Positions 30,696-39,956 of a stretch of 64,000 nucleotides of DNA are shown piece after piece; position 1 is the first letter of the stretch; every line of letters begins with the position of its first letter. Both the position numbers and the translations under genes were made by a program. The notes under the pieces are model-generated. The model saw only the letters and a list, made by a program, of their open reading frames with translations. It was not told where the DNA came from and made no database searches. This stretch comes from an uncultured bacterium (GTDB lineage: Bacteria; Krumholzibacteriota; Krumholzibacteriia; LZORAL124-64-63). The stretch covers positions 192,001-256,000 of the forward strand of contig CAVSGO010000005.1 of assembly GCA_963727525.1 (NCBI GenBank). Reading direction: 5' to 3'.

Positions 30696-31707
30696 GGCCG
30701 TTCACCTCCGGGGGCAGGGCCAGGACGCCGATGCGCTCGCTCGCAGACAGGACGATGCGGCCGACGAGCGTCCGGTACGGGATGCCCATCGCCGTGCAGA
30801 TCATCGGCAGATCCGAGTGCTCCGGGTGCATGCCCGCCAGCGGATTGAGCTCCATGATCTGGGGTTCGCCACGCTCGTCGCAGCGCAGGTCGACGCGGCC
30901 GGCGTCGCGGCAGCCGAGCACGCGCCATACGGCGAGCGCCGCGGCCTCGGCCCGCGCGATCACGGGATCGTCGCCGCCGCGCACGGGCACGTAGTCGACC
31001 AGATCCTCGCAGTTCTCCTTGTTGGCGTAGCTGTAGACCCCAGCCTCCGCCTGCGCCCGCAGCACCACCTCGAGCCCGCCGATCGACTCGGCCCGCTCTC
31101 CCGTGCCGATCACGCCGATCGTGAACTCGCGACCCGGGAGGTAGGTCTCCACGAGCACCGGCTGGCGGAACACGGCTAGCAAGTACGCGCAGCGCTCGCG
31201 CAACTCGTCCGGCGTGCGGATGATCGAGGCCCCGTCGATGCCCTTGCTCGTGCCCTCGGCCATCGGCTTGGCGAAGAGCGGATAGGGCAACGCCAGATCG
31301 TCGAGATCGGTCAGGGCGCGCACCTCGGCGAAGGGCGGCGTCGGCAGCCCGGCGTCGCGCATGACGCGCTTGGTCATGCCCTTGTGCAGACACAGCGCCA
31401 GGAGTAGCGGGTCGCTGAAGGTGTACGGGATGGCGTAGGCGTCGAGCAGCGCCGGCACCTGCGCCTCGCGCGCGATGCCGTGCAGCCCCTCGGCGATGTT
31501 GAACACGAGGTCCCAGCGTTCCCCCGCAGCCAGACACTGCGCGAGCGCATGGATACGCCCGATGCGGTCGACCCGGTGGCCGAAGCTACGTAGGGCCCCG
31601 TCGATGGCGTCGATGGTAGAGGCGCGGTCGAACTCCGCCGTTTCCTCCTCGCCGTAGCCGGCGCGCAGGTAGTCCTCGCGCAGGTCGTAGGTCAGACCGA
31701 TGTTCAT
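30646..31707 (-). CDS. D-Ala-D-Ala-ligase-like ATP-grasp enzyme (first copy)
   Basis: VFNIAEG, KP.AEGTSKG, ETYLPGREF, GRVDLR, MELNPLAG. Confidence 0.9.
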   Translation of the reverse strand: MNIGLTYDLREDYLRAGYGEEETAEFDRASTIDAIDGALRSFGHRVDRIGRIHALAQCLAAGERWDLVFNIAEGLHGIAREAQVPALLDAYAIPYTFSDPLLLALCLHKGMTKRVMRDAGLPTPPFAEVRALTDLDDLALPYPLFAKPMAEGTSKGIDGASIIRTPDELRERCAYLLAVFRQPVLVETYLPGREFTIGVIGTGERAESIGGLEVVLRAQAEAGVYSYANKENCEDLVDYVPVRGGDDPVIARAEAAALAVWRVLGCRDAGRVDLRCDERGEPQIMELNPLAGMHPEHSDLPMICTAMGIPYRTLVGRIVLSASERIGVLALPPEVNGHARGDTAQRGRAARGA

Positions 31708-33014
31708 GTTTGCACCTCCGGCGCCAGATCCGGGTATCTATGGACATTACCGGTGAAGCTACGGAGCAGCACCTCGTCACCCTCGCGCCCGAGGAGATAA
31801 TCGGGTTGCAGCGGCACCTTGCCGCCGCCGCCCGGGGCATCGATGACATAGGTGGGCACCGCGTAGCCGGTGGTGTGACCGCGCAGGCCGCGGATGATCT
31901 CCAGGCCACTCGCGACGCTCGTGCGGAGGTGCGCCGATCCCGAGATCGGGTCGCACTGGTAGAGATAGTATGGACGCACGCGCATCAGCAGCAGACGGTG
32001 GACAAGCGACTTCATCACGGCCACGCTGTCGTTCACACCCTTCAGTAGCACCGTCTGCGAACCGAGCGGAATGCCGGCATCGGCCAGGCGGCGGCAGGCT
32101 CGCGCCGTCTCGGGCGTGGCCTCGTCCGGGTGCGTGAAGTGCAGGCTGAGGAACAGCGGGTGGTGGCGGCGCAGCATGCGCACGAGTTGCGGCGTGACGC
32201 GCTGCGGCAAGACCGCCGGCACCTTGGTGCCGATGCGCACGAACTGCACGTGCGGGATGCGACGCAGCTCCGTGAGCAACCAGTCGAGCTTCTCGTCGGA
32301 CACGAGCAGCGGATCGCCACCCGAGAGCAGCACGTCACGGATCGCCGGCGTTCGGCGAATGTACTCGAGGCCATCGAGCAGGCGATCGCGGTCGGGCAGG
32401 ATCTCGTCCTGCCCCACCACGCGCGAGCGCGTGCAGTAGCGGCAGAACATGGCGCATTGGTCGTTCACCAGGAAGAGCACGCGGTCGGGATAGCGATGCA
32501 CGATGCCGGGCACCGGGCTCGACGCGTCCTCGTTGAGCGGATCGTCCGACTCTCCGGGGGAACACATCAGCTCGGCCGGCACCGGGACGACCGTCTTGCG
32601 CAGGGGCTGCTCCGGATCGCGACGATCGAGCAGGCTCGCGTAGTACGGCGTCACCGCCACGGGGAGCAGCGAGCCGTGGAACTGCATGGCCTGCGTCTCG
32701 GCCTCGCTGAGGTCGAGCACGCGCGCTAGCTCGTCGGCCGTGCGGATGCGATTGCGCAGCTGCCAGTGCCAGTCGTGCCAGTCGCGATCGCCGGCCGCCG
32801 GAAAGTACTGGCTGCGGAACGCACGCGTACGGGGGCCGGATCTGGGCAAAGAGGACTTGAGGAGATAGCTCGGAGGGAGGTCGGCTGGTGCGTGATCAGC
32901 TTCGGGAACGCTCCCAACGGACGGAGGCTCGTCGGCGGTGTCCGACGGGACCTCCCGCTGGTACGTGGGCTGCGGCCCACTGAGCGCGCCACCAGGCACG
33001 CGATGATGCTGCAT
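31704..33014 (-). CDS. kamA: KamA-family radical SAM enzyme, lysine 2,3-aminomutase-like
   Basis: HRYPDRVL, CAMFCRYC, LSGGDPL, YQCD and VIDAPGGGGK (PLP lysine); AAAGGAG RBS. Confidence 0.9.
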   Translation of the reverse strand: MQHHRVPGGALSGPQPTYQREVPSDTADEPPSVGSVPEADHAPADLPPSYLLKSSLPRSGPRTRAFRSQYFPAAGDRDWHDWHWQLRNRIRTADELARVLDLSEAETQAMQFHGSLLPVAVTPYYASLLDRRDPEQPLRKTVVPVPAELMCSPGESDDPLNEDASSPVPGIVHRYPDRVLFLVNDQCAMFCRYCTRSRVVGQDEILPDRDRLLDGLEYIRRTPAIRDVLLSGGDPLLVSDEKLDWLLTELRRIPHVQFVRIGTKVPAVLPQRVTPQLVRMLRRHHPLFLSLHFTHPDEATPETARACRRLADAGIPLGSQTVLLKGVNDSVAVMKSLVHRLLLMRVRPYYLYQCDPISGSAHLRTSVASGLEIIRGLRGHTTGYAVPTYVIDAPGGGGKVPLQPDYLLGREGDEVLLRSFTGNVHRYPDLAPEVQT

Positions 33015-33118
33015 TCGTCTCCTTTGCCTGCGGCACGGTACCCGTACCGGCGGTCCTGGCGCGTCGCTGGGGCCATGTCTGGCGCTCTTTGCGACGCAAC
33101 CGGTGCTGATGGCGCGAG

Positions 33119-33146
33119 AAGATAACGAGCGGCGCCCGCTTGTCAA
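33119..33146 (-). promoter_or_regulatory. sigma70-type promoter of the kamA operon
   Basis: TTGACA-16 nt-TATCTT on minus strand about 105 nt upstream of kamA. Confidence 0.55.
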
Positions 33147-33233
33147 TCCCCTCCCGCCTGCCAGGGCGAAAAATCTTTCGGAAGGTCCGGGGCGGAACTT
33201 GAGGTCCCATTGCCGCGAACGTCTCCCGGCCGC

Positions 33234-33893
33234 TCATGACGGCACCACCATCCGGAAGATGCCGATCCAGTGGCACGCGCTGCCTGCCAGCACGAAGACA
33301 TGCCAGATCGTATGGTGAAAGGGCAAGCGGCGCCACACATAGAAGACCACGCCGCCCGTATAGAACAGGCCGCCGGCGAGCAGCCAGATCAGGACGACGC
33401 CATCGATGGTCTGCAGCATGGGCTTGATAGCGCTCACGATGAGCCAGCTCATGCCGAGGTAGATCGTCAGCGACGCCCAGCGGAAACGCCGGTTGGTGGC
33501 CACGTCGAGCGTGGCACCAGCCAGGGCCAGGCCCCAGGCCACACCGAAGAGCGTCCAGCCCCACGGCCCGCGCAGGGGCCCCAGACAGAACGGGGTGTAC
33601 GTACCCGCGATGAGCAGGTAGATGGCGGCATGGTCGATCTGCTTGAGTACGTGTTTGGCGCGCGGCCGGGTCACGGCATGGTACACGGTCGAGGCCAGGT
33701 AGAGCAGCACCAGCGTGCCACCGTAAATCGCCACGCTGGTCACGGCCCAGGCGTCGCCATGCCGGTAGGTCTGGACTACCAGCACCACGAGACCGGCCGT
33801 GGCCAGCAGCACGCCCAGGCCATGGGTCCCAGCATGCAGCCACTCCTCGAGCGGCGAGTAGTAGCCACCGGTATGGGCGCGCTGCTCCACCAA
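33234..33893 (-). CDS. hemolysin III / PAQR family membrane protein
   Basis: EE..H..TH, S..YH, DH.AIY..IAGTYTP, HTIWHVFV motifs; start uncertain. Confidence 0.92.
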   Translation of the reverse strand: MVEQRAHTGGYYSPLEEWLHAGTHGLGVLLATAGLVVLVVQTYRHGDAWAVTSVAIYGGTLVLLYLASTVYHAVTRPRAKHVLKQIDHAAIYLLIAGTYTPFCLGPLRGPWGWTLFGVAWGLALAGATLDVATNRRFRWASLTIYLGMSWLIVSAIKPMLQTIDGVVLIWLLAGGLFYTGGVVFYVWRRLPFHHTIWHVFVLAGSACHWIGIFRMVVPS

Positions 33894-34014
33894 GCTTATC
33901 ACCTCGAATGGCCACCTTGCGGCGGCGGGGGAACCATATTTCATGGGTCGATCGGAAGCGTAAACCCGGCGACCCGTCGCCGCCAGATGTCAGTACCGGG
34001 AGTTGCGTCAAGCC

Positions 34015-34650
34015 ATGGAGACACCCCCCAACTGGTTCGAGGACATCTACGCCGCAAGCACCGCCGAGGGCGACGGCGTGCCCTGGGCGCGCATGGCCCC
34101 CAGCGCCGAGATGATGACCTGGCTCGACCACGCGCAGCTCCGCGGCGACGGACTGAGCGCCCTCGTCGTGGGCTGTGGCCTGGGCGACGACGCCGAGGAA
34201 CTGGCACGTCGCGGCTTCGCCGTCACTGCGTTCGACGTGAGCGCCACGGCCATCGCGCTCTGCGGCGAGCGTTTTCCAGCCTCCCGGGTCGCGTACCAGG
34301 TGGCCGAGCTGTTCTCCGCACCGCCCGCCTGGCAGGGAGCGTTCGACCTGATCTGCGAGCACCGCACCGTCCAGAGCTTGCCCCCCGACTGGCAGGACCG
34401 CGGCATGGCCGCCATCGCGGCCTTCGCCCGGCCCGGCGGCGGCCGGATCCTGGCGATCGCCGACATGCGCCCGGAGGGTGCCGAGAAAACCGGTCCCCCG
34501 TGGCGGCTGCGCCCCGAGGAGCTGTCTGGCTTCCGCACCGCCGGCCTGCATGAGGAGAGCTTCATGCACGAGCCGCTACGGACGCGCGGCGGCCGCTCGC
34601 GCGTCACAGCCGTCTACACTCGTCCGGACCCGCGACTCCAGACGCAATGA
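34015..34650 (+). CDS. class I SAM-dependent methyltransferase (TPMT-like)
   Basis: VVGCGLGDDA motif I, FDVS.TAI, GPPW. Confidence 0.88.
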   Translation: METPPNWFEDIYAASTAEGDGVPWARMAPSAEMMTWLDHAQLRGDGLSALVVGCGLGDDAEELARRGFAVTAFDVSATAIALCGERFPASRVAYQVAELFSAPPAWQGAFDLICEHRTVQSLPPDWQDRGMAAIAAFARPGGGRILAIADMRPEGAEKTGPPWRLRPEELSGFRTAGLHEESFMHEPLRTRGGRSRVTAVYTRPDPRLQTQ

Positions 34651-34760
34651 CTCTGGACCCGACTTGACGCTCGTCGGCACGACCTCGATACTCTGACGGG
34701 CCGGCCCGGCCGGCCCCTGTCGCCGTCGCCCGATCGCATCTCTTCCCACGAGGTCTGCCG

Positions 34761-35735
34761 ATGCCCAAGCTCATCGACACCCTGCTCCTGCTCGCGCTGC
34801 CGGCCAGCGGCAAGTCCGAGGTGCGCCGGTATCTGGCCACCCTCGACCCCGCCGAGTGCCGTGACCTCCTCGGCATCGGCCCGACCGTGCAGCTCGATGA
34901 TTTCCCTTACGTGCACATCATGCGCCGCATCAGTGACGAGCTGAACCAGCGCGACCTGCCCGGCCCGTATTTTCTGTCCCCGGCGCTGCCCTTCCGCGAG
35001 CCGCGCGACTGGGGCACGTTGATCGAGCTGCTCAACGAGGACTATGACGATCTGCGCGCCCAGCGGCTGGCGAGGGCCGATTCCGCCGCGGCCTGGCTCT
35101 TCGACCGCTTCGACCGGGCCCGCGCCCTGGTGGGCGCCGACCCGGCGCTACGCAAACTTCCGGAGGGCGTGCGGCGCGAGTTGGAATCCACGCTCGAAAC
35201 CGAATGCCGCGAGCTCCTCGAGCAGAAGAACGCCGCCCACCCCGACACGCTCGACGGCAAGACGCTGCTGCTCGAGTTCGCCCGCGGCGGCGCCGACGGC
35301 TCGCCCATGCCGCTGCCGGCGCCGTACGGCTACCGCTACAGCCTGGACCGTCTCAGCGACCGCATCCTCTCGCGCGCGGCCGTCCTCTACATCTGGGTCA
35401 CGCCCGAGGAGTCGCGCCGCAAGAACACCGAACGCACCGACCCGGACGACCCGGGCAGCATCCTGCACCACGGCGTGCCTAACGCGGTGATGTATGGCGA
35501 TTACGGTTGTGACGACATGGCCTGGCTACTCAACCAGAGCGACCGCCTACGCACCATCCGCGTGGAAAAAAACGGCAAGGTGTACCATCTGCCGGTGGGA
35601 CGCCTCGACAACCGGGAGGATCGGACGACGTTCGTGCGCGAGGAGCCGTCGCAATGGGCACCGGCCGACGTGAAGAAGCTACGCGACGGCCTGAGCCAGG
35701 CCTTCGCTGACCTCCACCGCGCCCGCTCCGGCTAG
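34761..35735 (+). CDS. hypothetical protein with N-terminal P-loop-like motif
   Basis: LLLLALPASGKSE Walker-A-like; long ORF with genome-typical GC3 bias; GAGG RBS. Confidence 0.7.
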   Translation: MPKLIDTLLLLALPASGKSEVRRYLATLDPAECRDLLGIGPTVQLDDFPYVHIMRRISDELNQRDLPGPYFLSPALPFREPRDWGTLIELLNEDYDDLRAQRLARADSAAAWLFDRFDRARALVGADPALRKLPEGVRRELESTLETECRELLEQKNAAHPDTLDGKTLLLEFARGGADGSPMPLPAPYGYRYSLDRLSDRILSRAAVLYIWVTPEESRRKNTERTDPDDPGSILHHGVPNAVMYGDYGCDDMAWLLNQSDRLRTIRVEKNGKVYHLPVGRLDNREDRTTFVREEPSQWAPADVKKLRDGLSQAFADLHRARSG

Positions 35736-35762
35736 CGCCTGGTCTTCCGGTGTTGTCCAATC

Positions 35763-35789
35763 GCGAGCCCGCCGCCCTGGCGGGCTCGC
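35763..35789. terminator. hairpin between convergent genes
   Basis: GCGAGCCCGCC-gccct-GGCGGGCTCGC perfect stem, no clear U-tract. Confidence 0.5.
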
Positions 35790-35796
35790 ATCGCGC

Positions 35797-36033
35797 TCAG
35801 ACCAGCCGGGTCGCCAGCAGGCCGACGAACCCGACCAGGAAGACGAACCAGCCCCCGGCCATCACGGCACGGCCGCGACCGAGTGGGCTTTCGGCAAGAT
35901 CGTGCACCGGCAGCGCGCGCGTGGCGGAGCGCCGGGCCTTGCCCGTCATCTGGGTTCCGATGAGTGCGATGAGTGATCCGACGATGATCAGGAGCGATGA
36001 AGGTAATATGAGGTCTTCGCCCATCAGTGCCAT
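35797..36033 (-). CDS. small two-TM membrane protein
   Basis: Two hydrophobic segments (LLIIVGSLIALIG; WFVFLVGFVGLLA); start uncertain. Confidence 0.4.
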   Translation of the reverse strand: MALMGEDLILPSSLLIIVGSLIALIGTQMTGKARRSATRALPVHDLAESPLGRGRAVMAGGWFVFLVGFVGLLATRLV

Positions 36034-36499
36034 CCAGTTCGGCCGTGACGCATGCCCGCGCCCCCGGCACGTCCAGCGGCGCCCCGCCCCTCTCTGGCCG
36101 GCGCGCCTCCCCCGAGACTTGGAGTCTCGCAGGGGGAATGTTGCCGCCACGCGAATTCGCCGATCCGCGGCAACGCGGGCCTCAAGATAGCGCGCCGGAT
36201 CCCAGGAGCAAGCCTGTTGGTACGGAATCTCACAAGGCCACGAGATCATTATAGCGAATTGCGTGCCACGACGTCCAGATCCTCGACGGTCCGAGCCATG
36301 CCAGACTCACCGACCCATGTGTCGAGGGACGCCACCGGCGCCGGCACAAACGCGTAAGTCATTATACAATAATTGCTTAAAGATCCATTACCGTACGAGT
36401 TCGGCCCTCGCCACGGCGCCGCCGCCCCGCGGCCCAGCGGCCCCACCACCCGCACCCGATACACGCCAGACCCGGCCGGGGCCCCGGCCGCATCGCGAC

Positions 36500-36775
36500 C
36501 ATCCCCGCGTGCCTCGTGAGCGATGGCGCCCGCGCATCCTCCACCCCGATGGCAACCGGCGTTTGCAACGCCAGTCCCTGGTGTCCCCCCGCGGCGACGG
36601 CAGTGAACCCGCTGTTGGGTCGCGGCAACGTGCACTGGTACACCACGTTGCTCCCCACCGCCACGACCTGGCCATCGGACTTGAGACCGAGACTGCGAAA
36701 GGCACCCGCGGCGATCGCGACGTAGCCCGCGTTCGGCTGCGGCGCACGACCGCTCGCTCCGCGATGATACCACAT
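36500..36775 (-). pseudogene. fragment of an RCC1-like repeat secreted protein
   Basis: About 1.5 repeats 'PQPNAGYVAIAAGAFRSLGLKSDGQVVAVGSN...QCTLPRPNSGFTAVAAGGHQGLAL' then 'AIGVED' linker; no signal peptide or C-terminal domain. Confidence 0.6.
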
Positions 36776-36813
36776 CAGAGATGATCTCACGACCAGCACC
36801 GTCGTCGTACGCC

Positions 36814-38259
36814 CTAGCTCCGCCCCCCTACCCGCGCCCCCACCACCGCCGCCACGCACGCCAGTGCCCAGGCCGCGAAGCGCAGCGAGATCGCCGCGTT
36901 CAGGCCTGGCACCAGCACCCACACGACCGTGGCCAAGGCCCCGGTAACCATACCGGCCACCACGCCGGCGCCGTTCATGCCGCGCCAGTGCAACGAGAGC
37001 AGCAGCACCGGGCCGAAGCTGGCGCCAAGGCCGCCCCAGGCGAGGGACACAACGTCGTAGATCAGATCGTGGCTGACCGCGGCGAGCACGAACGCGGCCA
37101 CGCCCACCGCGAGGGTCACCACGCGGCTCATCGCCACGAGCTGGGATTGCGTCATCGTGCGCTTCAGCGCGCGGCTCCAGAAGTCCTCGACGATGGTCGA
37201 CGTGGCCACGAGGAGCTGGCTGTCGGCCGTGGACATCATGGCCGCCACGGCGCCGGAGATGAGGATGCCCGCGATCCACGCGGGGAAGAGCAGGTTGGCC
37301 AGCACCGGCAGGATGCGCTCGGGATCGCCGCCCACGTCGGCGAGGTCGGCGCCCGTGACCACGTGGTTGTGCACGAGCGTGATACCCACGGCGCCCACGA
37401 GGGCGGCGCCGCCGTAGGCGAGCACGGTCCACACGAGGGCCACGCGCCGGCCGGTGCGCAACGAGTCGGGCCGGTCGATCGCCATGAACTTGGTCACCAG
37501 GTGCGGCTGGCCCATGTAGCCCAGGCCCCACGAGAGGCCGCCGATCACCGCCGCCGCGGCCGCCCAGCCGGTGGCGCCGCCGGTGAGCGACGCCGTCTGC
37601 CCCGTGACCTGCATCGCCGCGACGATGTCCAGGTGCTGGTGCGCGATGACGACAAGGCCGATGACGGGCATCAGCACCAGGGTGACGATCATGAGCACGG
37701 CCTGCACCACGTCGGTGTAGCACACGGCGAGGAAGCCGCCCATGAGGGTGTACAGCACCACCACCAGCGCGCCCAGCGGCATTCCCAGCGCGGGATCGAG
37801 CCCGAAGGTGACGGCCAGCACCTTGCCCGCGCCCAGGAACTGCGCGGCCACGTAGAAGCTGAAGAAGAAGACGATGATGAGCATGGAGAGCACACGCACT
37901 GGCGCGCCATAGGGGCCGCTCACCTGCGCGAAGAACTCCGGCAGCGTGATCGCGCCTCGCGCCTCGCTCACCACGCGCAGCTTGCGCGCGATCACCGTCC
38001 AGTAGAAGACGATACCGCTCACACAACCCAGCACCGTCCATACCTGCACCAGACCCTCGGCATAGAGCGCGCCACTGAGCCCCAGAATGAGCCAGCTCGA
38101 CTCGGCCGCCGTCCGCTCGCTGAGGGCGATGACCCAGGCGCCGAGGCGGCGGCCACCCAGGATGAAGTCCTCCTTCGTGCGGTTCTTGCCGAAGGTCCAC
38201 ACGGCGACGCCGGCGATGAGCAAGAGGTAGACGACCAGTCCCACGAGCGGAGAATTCAT
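36814..38259 (-). CDS. putP: sodium:proline/solute symporter
   Basis: 'DFILGGRRLG.WV.ALS', YT..GGF.AV..TD..Q, GLGYMGQPH, AAMMSTADSQLL. Confidence 0.88.
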   Translation of the reverse strand: MNSPLVGLVVYLLLIAGVAVWTFGKNRTKEDFILGGRRLGAWVIALSERTAAESSWLILGLSGALYAEGLVQVWTVLGCVSGIVFYWTVIARKLRVVSEARGAITLPEFFAQVSGPYGAPVRVLSMLIIVFFFSFYVAAQFLGAGKVLAVTFGLDPALGMPLGALVVVLYTLMGGFLAVCYTDVVQAVLMIVTLVLMPVIGLVVIAHQHLDIVAAMQVTGQTASLTGGATGWAAAAAVIGGLSWGLGYMGQPHLVTKFMAIDRPDSLRTGRRVALVWTVLAYGGAALVGAVGITLVHNHVVTGADLADVGGDPERILPVLANLLFPAWIAGILISGAVAAMMSTADSQLLVATSTIVEDFWSRALKRTMTQSQLVAMSRVVTLAVGVAAFVLAAVSHDLIYDVVSLAWGGLGASFGPVLLLSLHWRGMNGAGVVAGMVTGALATVVWVLVPGLNAAISLRFAAWALACVAAVVGARVGGRS

Positions 38260-39524
38260 CAAGCCACCCAGCGCGTGAGGAGATAGATGAAACCGAAACC
38301 GACGAGATAGACCAGCCCCGCCCAGCTCAGCGCACGCATACCCGGCCCGGGGCGCTCGGCCACCGGCACGGTGTCCAGCCGCACCACCTTGAAGTTGAGC
38401 CAGCCCACCACCGGGGCCGTGAGAAACGCCGTGATCGTGGCCACGTCGACCAGCGCCGTCAGGCCGCGGAGCCACGCGGCGATGATCCCCCAGCTCACGG
38501 CCATGATCGCCACCAGCAAGCCCACGTACCCGGTGCGCCCACCGGCGGCGTCGGCCCCCGCCCAGCCATCGCCCGCGCGCAGCAGGCGCCAGCAACCGAC
38601 GAGGGTGCGCGTGTAGCCGTCGCACACCGTGAGGGTGGTGGAGAACATGGTGATGAAAGCGACGACGCCGATCATGCGTCCGCTCCAGGCGCCGAGCGTC
38701 TGCGTGTACATGGTGATGAGCTGGCGCGAGAAGACGAGGCCGCTGGGCGAGAAATCGGTCCCCGTGCCGAACATGACCAGGGCGCCAAAGCAGACGAAGG
38801 CCACGGCGAGCACACCCGTGACGGTGTAACCGACCACGAAATCGAAGCGGCAATCGCTCACCGACACGCGGCGGTGCTCCTCGCGGTTCTTCGCCAGCGT
38901 CCATAGCGACGACCACGCCGAGATATCGATGGGTGCGGGCATGAAGCCCATGAGCGCGAGCAGGAAGGCGATGCCGCTTGCCGTCCACAGGTCGGGCCGC
39001 GGCACGTGAATGTCGCCGATCGGCCCATGCACCGCCGCCACGGCCACCGCGATCAGCGTGAGGACACCCAGCAGCGAGATCATCACCTTCATCGTGCGGT
39101 CGAGAGTCTGGTAGCGCCCCACCGCGAGGATGGCGGCCACCAGCACGAGCACCAGCAGCGCGAGCTGCGGGAGCGTCCAGTCCACGCCCAGCAGCGTGCC
39201 GCAGAGGCCGGCCGTCACCGCCGTGACGGCGGCCGCGTTCACCACCGACGACACGATCGCGATGGCGAAGAACACCAGCAGCGCACCCCGTCCCACGCGG
39301 CGGAAACCATGCAACAAGCTCTCGTTCGTGGCCGCGGTGTAGCGGTGCGCGTACTCGAAGAACGGGTACTTCAGGACGAGGATCAGGATCACCGGCCACA
39401 GCAGCGTGAAGCCCCAACCGGCCCCCGCGCGCGTCGACTGCACGAGGTGCGAGGCGCCGATGGCCGCGCCGGCGAAGAGCAAGCCGGGCCCGAGAGCGCG
39501 CAGACGTGACGACGCGGGCCTCAT
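38259..39524 (-). CDS. NRAMP-like (APC superfamily) membrane transporter
   Basis: 'LGPGLLFAGAAIGASHLVQSTRAGA', 'LMGFMPAP', 'MFSTTLTVCDG'; lacks canonical DPGN motif. Confidence 0.8.
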   Translation of the reverse strand: MRPASSRLRALGPGLLFAGAAIGASHLVQSTRAGAGWGFTLLWPVILILVLKYPFFEYAHRYTAATNESLLHGFRRVGRGALLVFFAIAIVSSVVNAAAVTAVTAGLCGTLLGVDWTLPQLALLVLVLVAAILAVGRYQTLDRTMKVMISLLGVLTLIAVAVAAVHGPIGDIHVPRPDLWTASGIAFLLALMGFMPAPIDISAWSSLWTLAKNREEHRRVSVSDCRFDFVVGYTVTGVLAVAFVCFGALVMFGTGTDFSPSGLVFSRQLITMYTQTLGAWSGRMIGVVAFITMFSTTLTVCDGYTRTLVGCWRLLRAGDGWAGADAAGGRTGYVGLLVAIMAVSWGIIAAWLRGLTALVDVATITAFLTAPVVGWLNFKVVRLDTVPVAERPGPGMRALSWAGLVYLVGFGFIYLLTRWVA

Positions 39525-39940
39525 GGGCGATTCCGCGGTTCGAGATAGCGACCGAGCTGCTCGCGAGCCACGTCGTCGAAGGCACGGGAGCGGCCGCTGG
39601 CCAGGTCGAAGAGCACGAAGGTCACGTCGGCGTCCACGAGCGGGTGGCCGCTGTCACGATTCACCGCTTCCTGGCGACATACGCCGGTCTTGCCGCCCAG
39701 GTGGGTCATCCAGGCACCGATGCGCACCACGTCGTGCCGGCCGGCCGGCGCACGGTAGTTCACGTCGATGTTCACGACGGCGATGCCCAGGCCTGCGTCA
39801 TCCCAGCGGCGCACGTCGATGGCCTCATCGAGCCAGCGCCAGCGCGTCTCCTCGAACAACTCGAGCCAACGGGCGTTATTCACATGTCCGTAGCCGTCGA
39901 GGTGGTAGCCGCGTACGGCGATCTCGGTGAAGAAGCGCAA
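39521..39940 (-). CDS. acyl-CoA thioesterase (YbgC/YbaW hot-dog family)
   Basis: 'VRGYHLDGYGHVNNARWLELFEETR'; TTG start after AGGAG. Confidence 0.88.
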   Translation of the reverse strand: MRFFTEIAVRGYHLDGYGHVNNARWLELFEETRWRWLDEAIDVRRWDDAGLGIAVVNIDVNYRAPAGRHDVVRIGAWMTHLGGKTGVCRQEAVNRDSGHPLVDADVTFVLFDLASGRSRAFDDVAREQLGRYLEPRNRP

Positions 39941-39956
39941 AGGTGCTCCTGCCTCG

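Noticed and set aside
29703-33014. Pyrrolysine biosynthesis (radical SAM + ATP-grasp) linked to the in-frame TAG at 57448
   Set aside because: The radical SAM enzyme is PLP-dependent KamA type, not PylB; no pylS/pylD/pylT seen; many normal genes here end in TAG
32726-33076. RiPP precursor or leader peptide upstream of the radical SAM gene
   Set aside because: Overlaps kamA in another frame and lacks a clear RBS; KamA acts on free amino acids, not peptides
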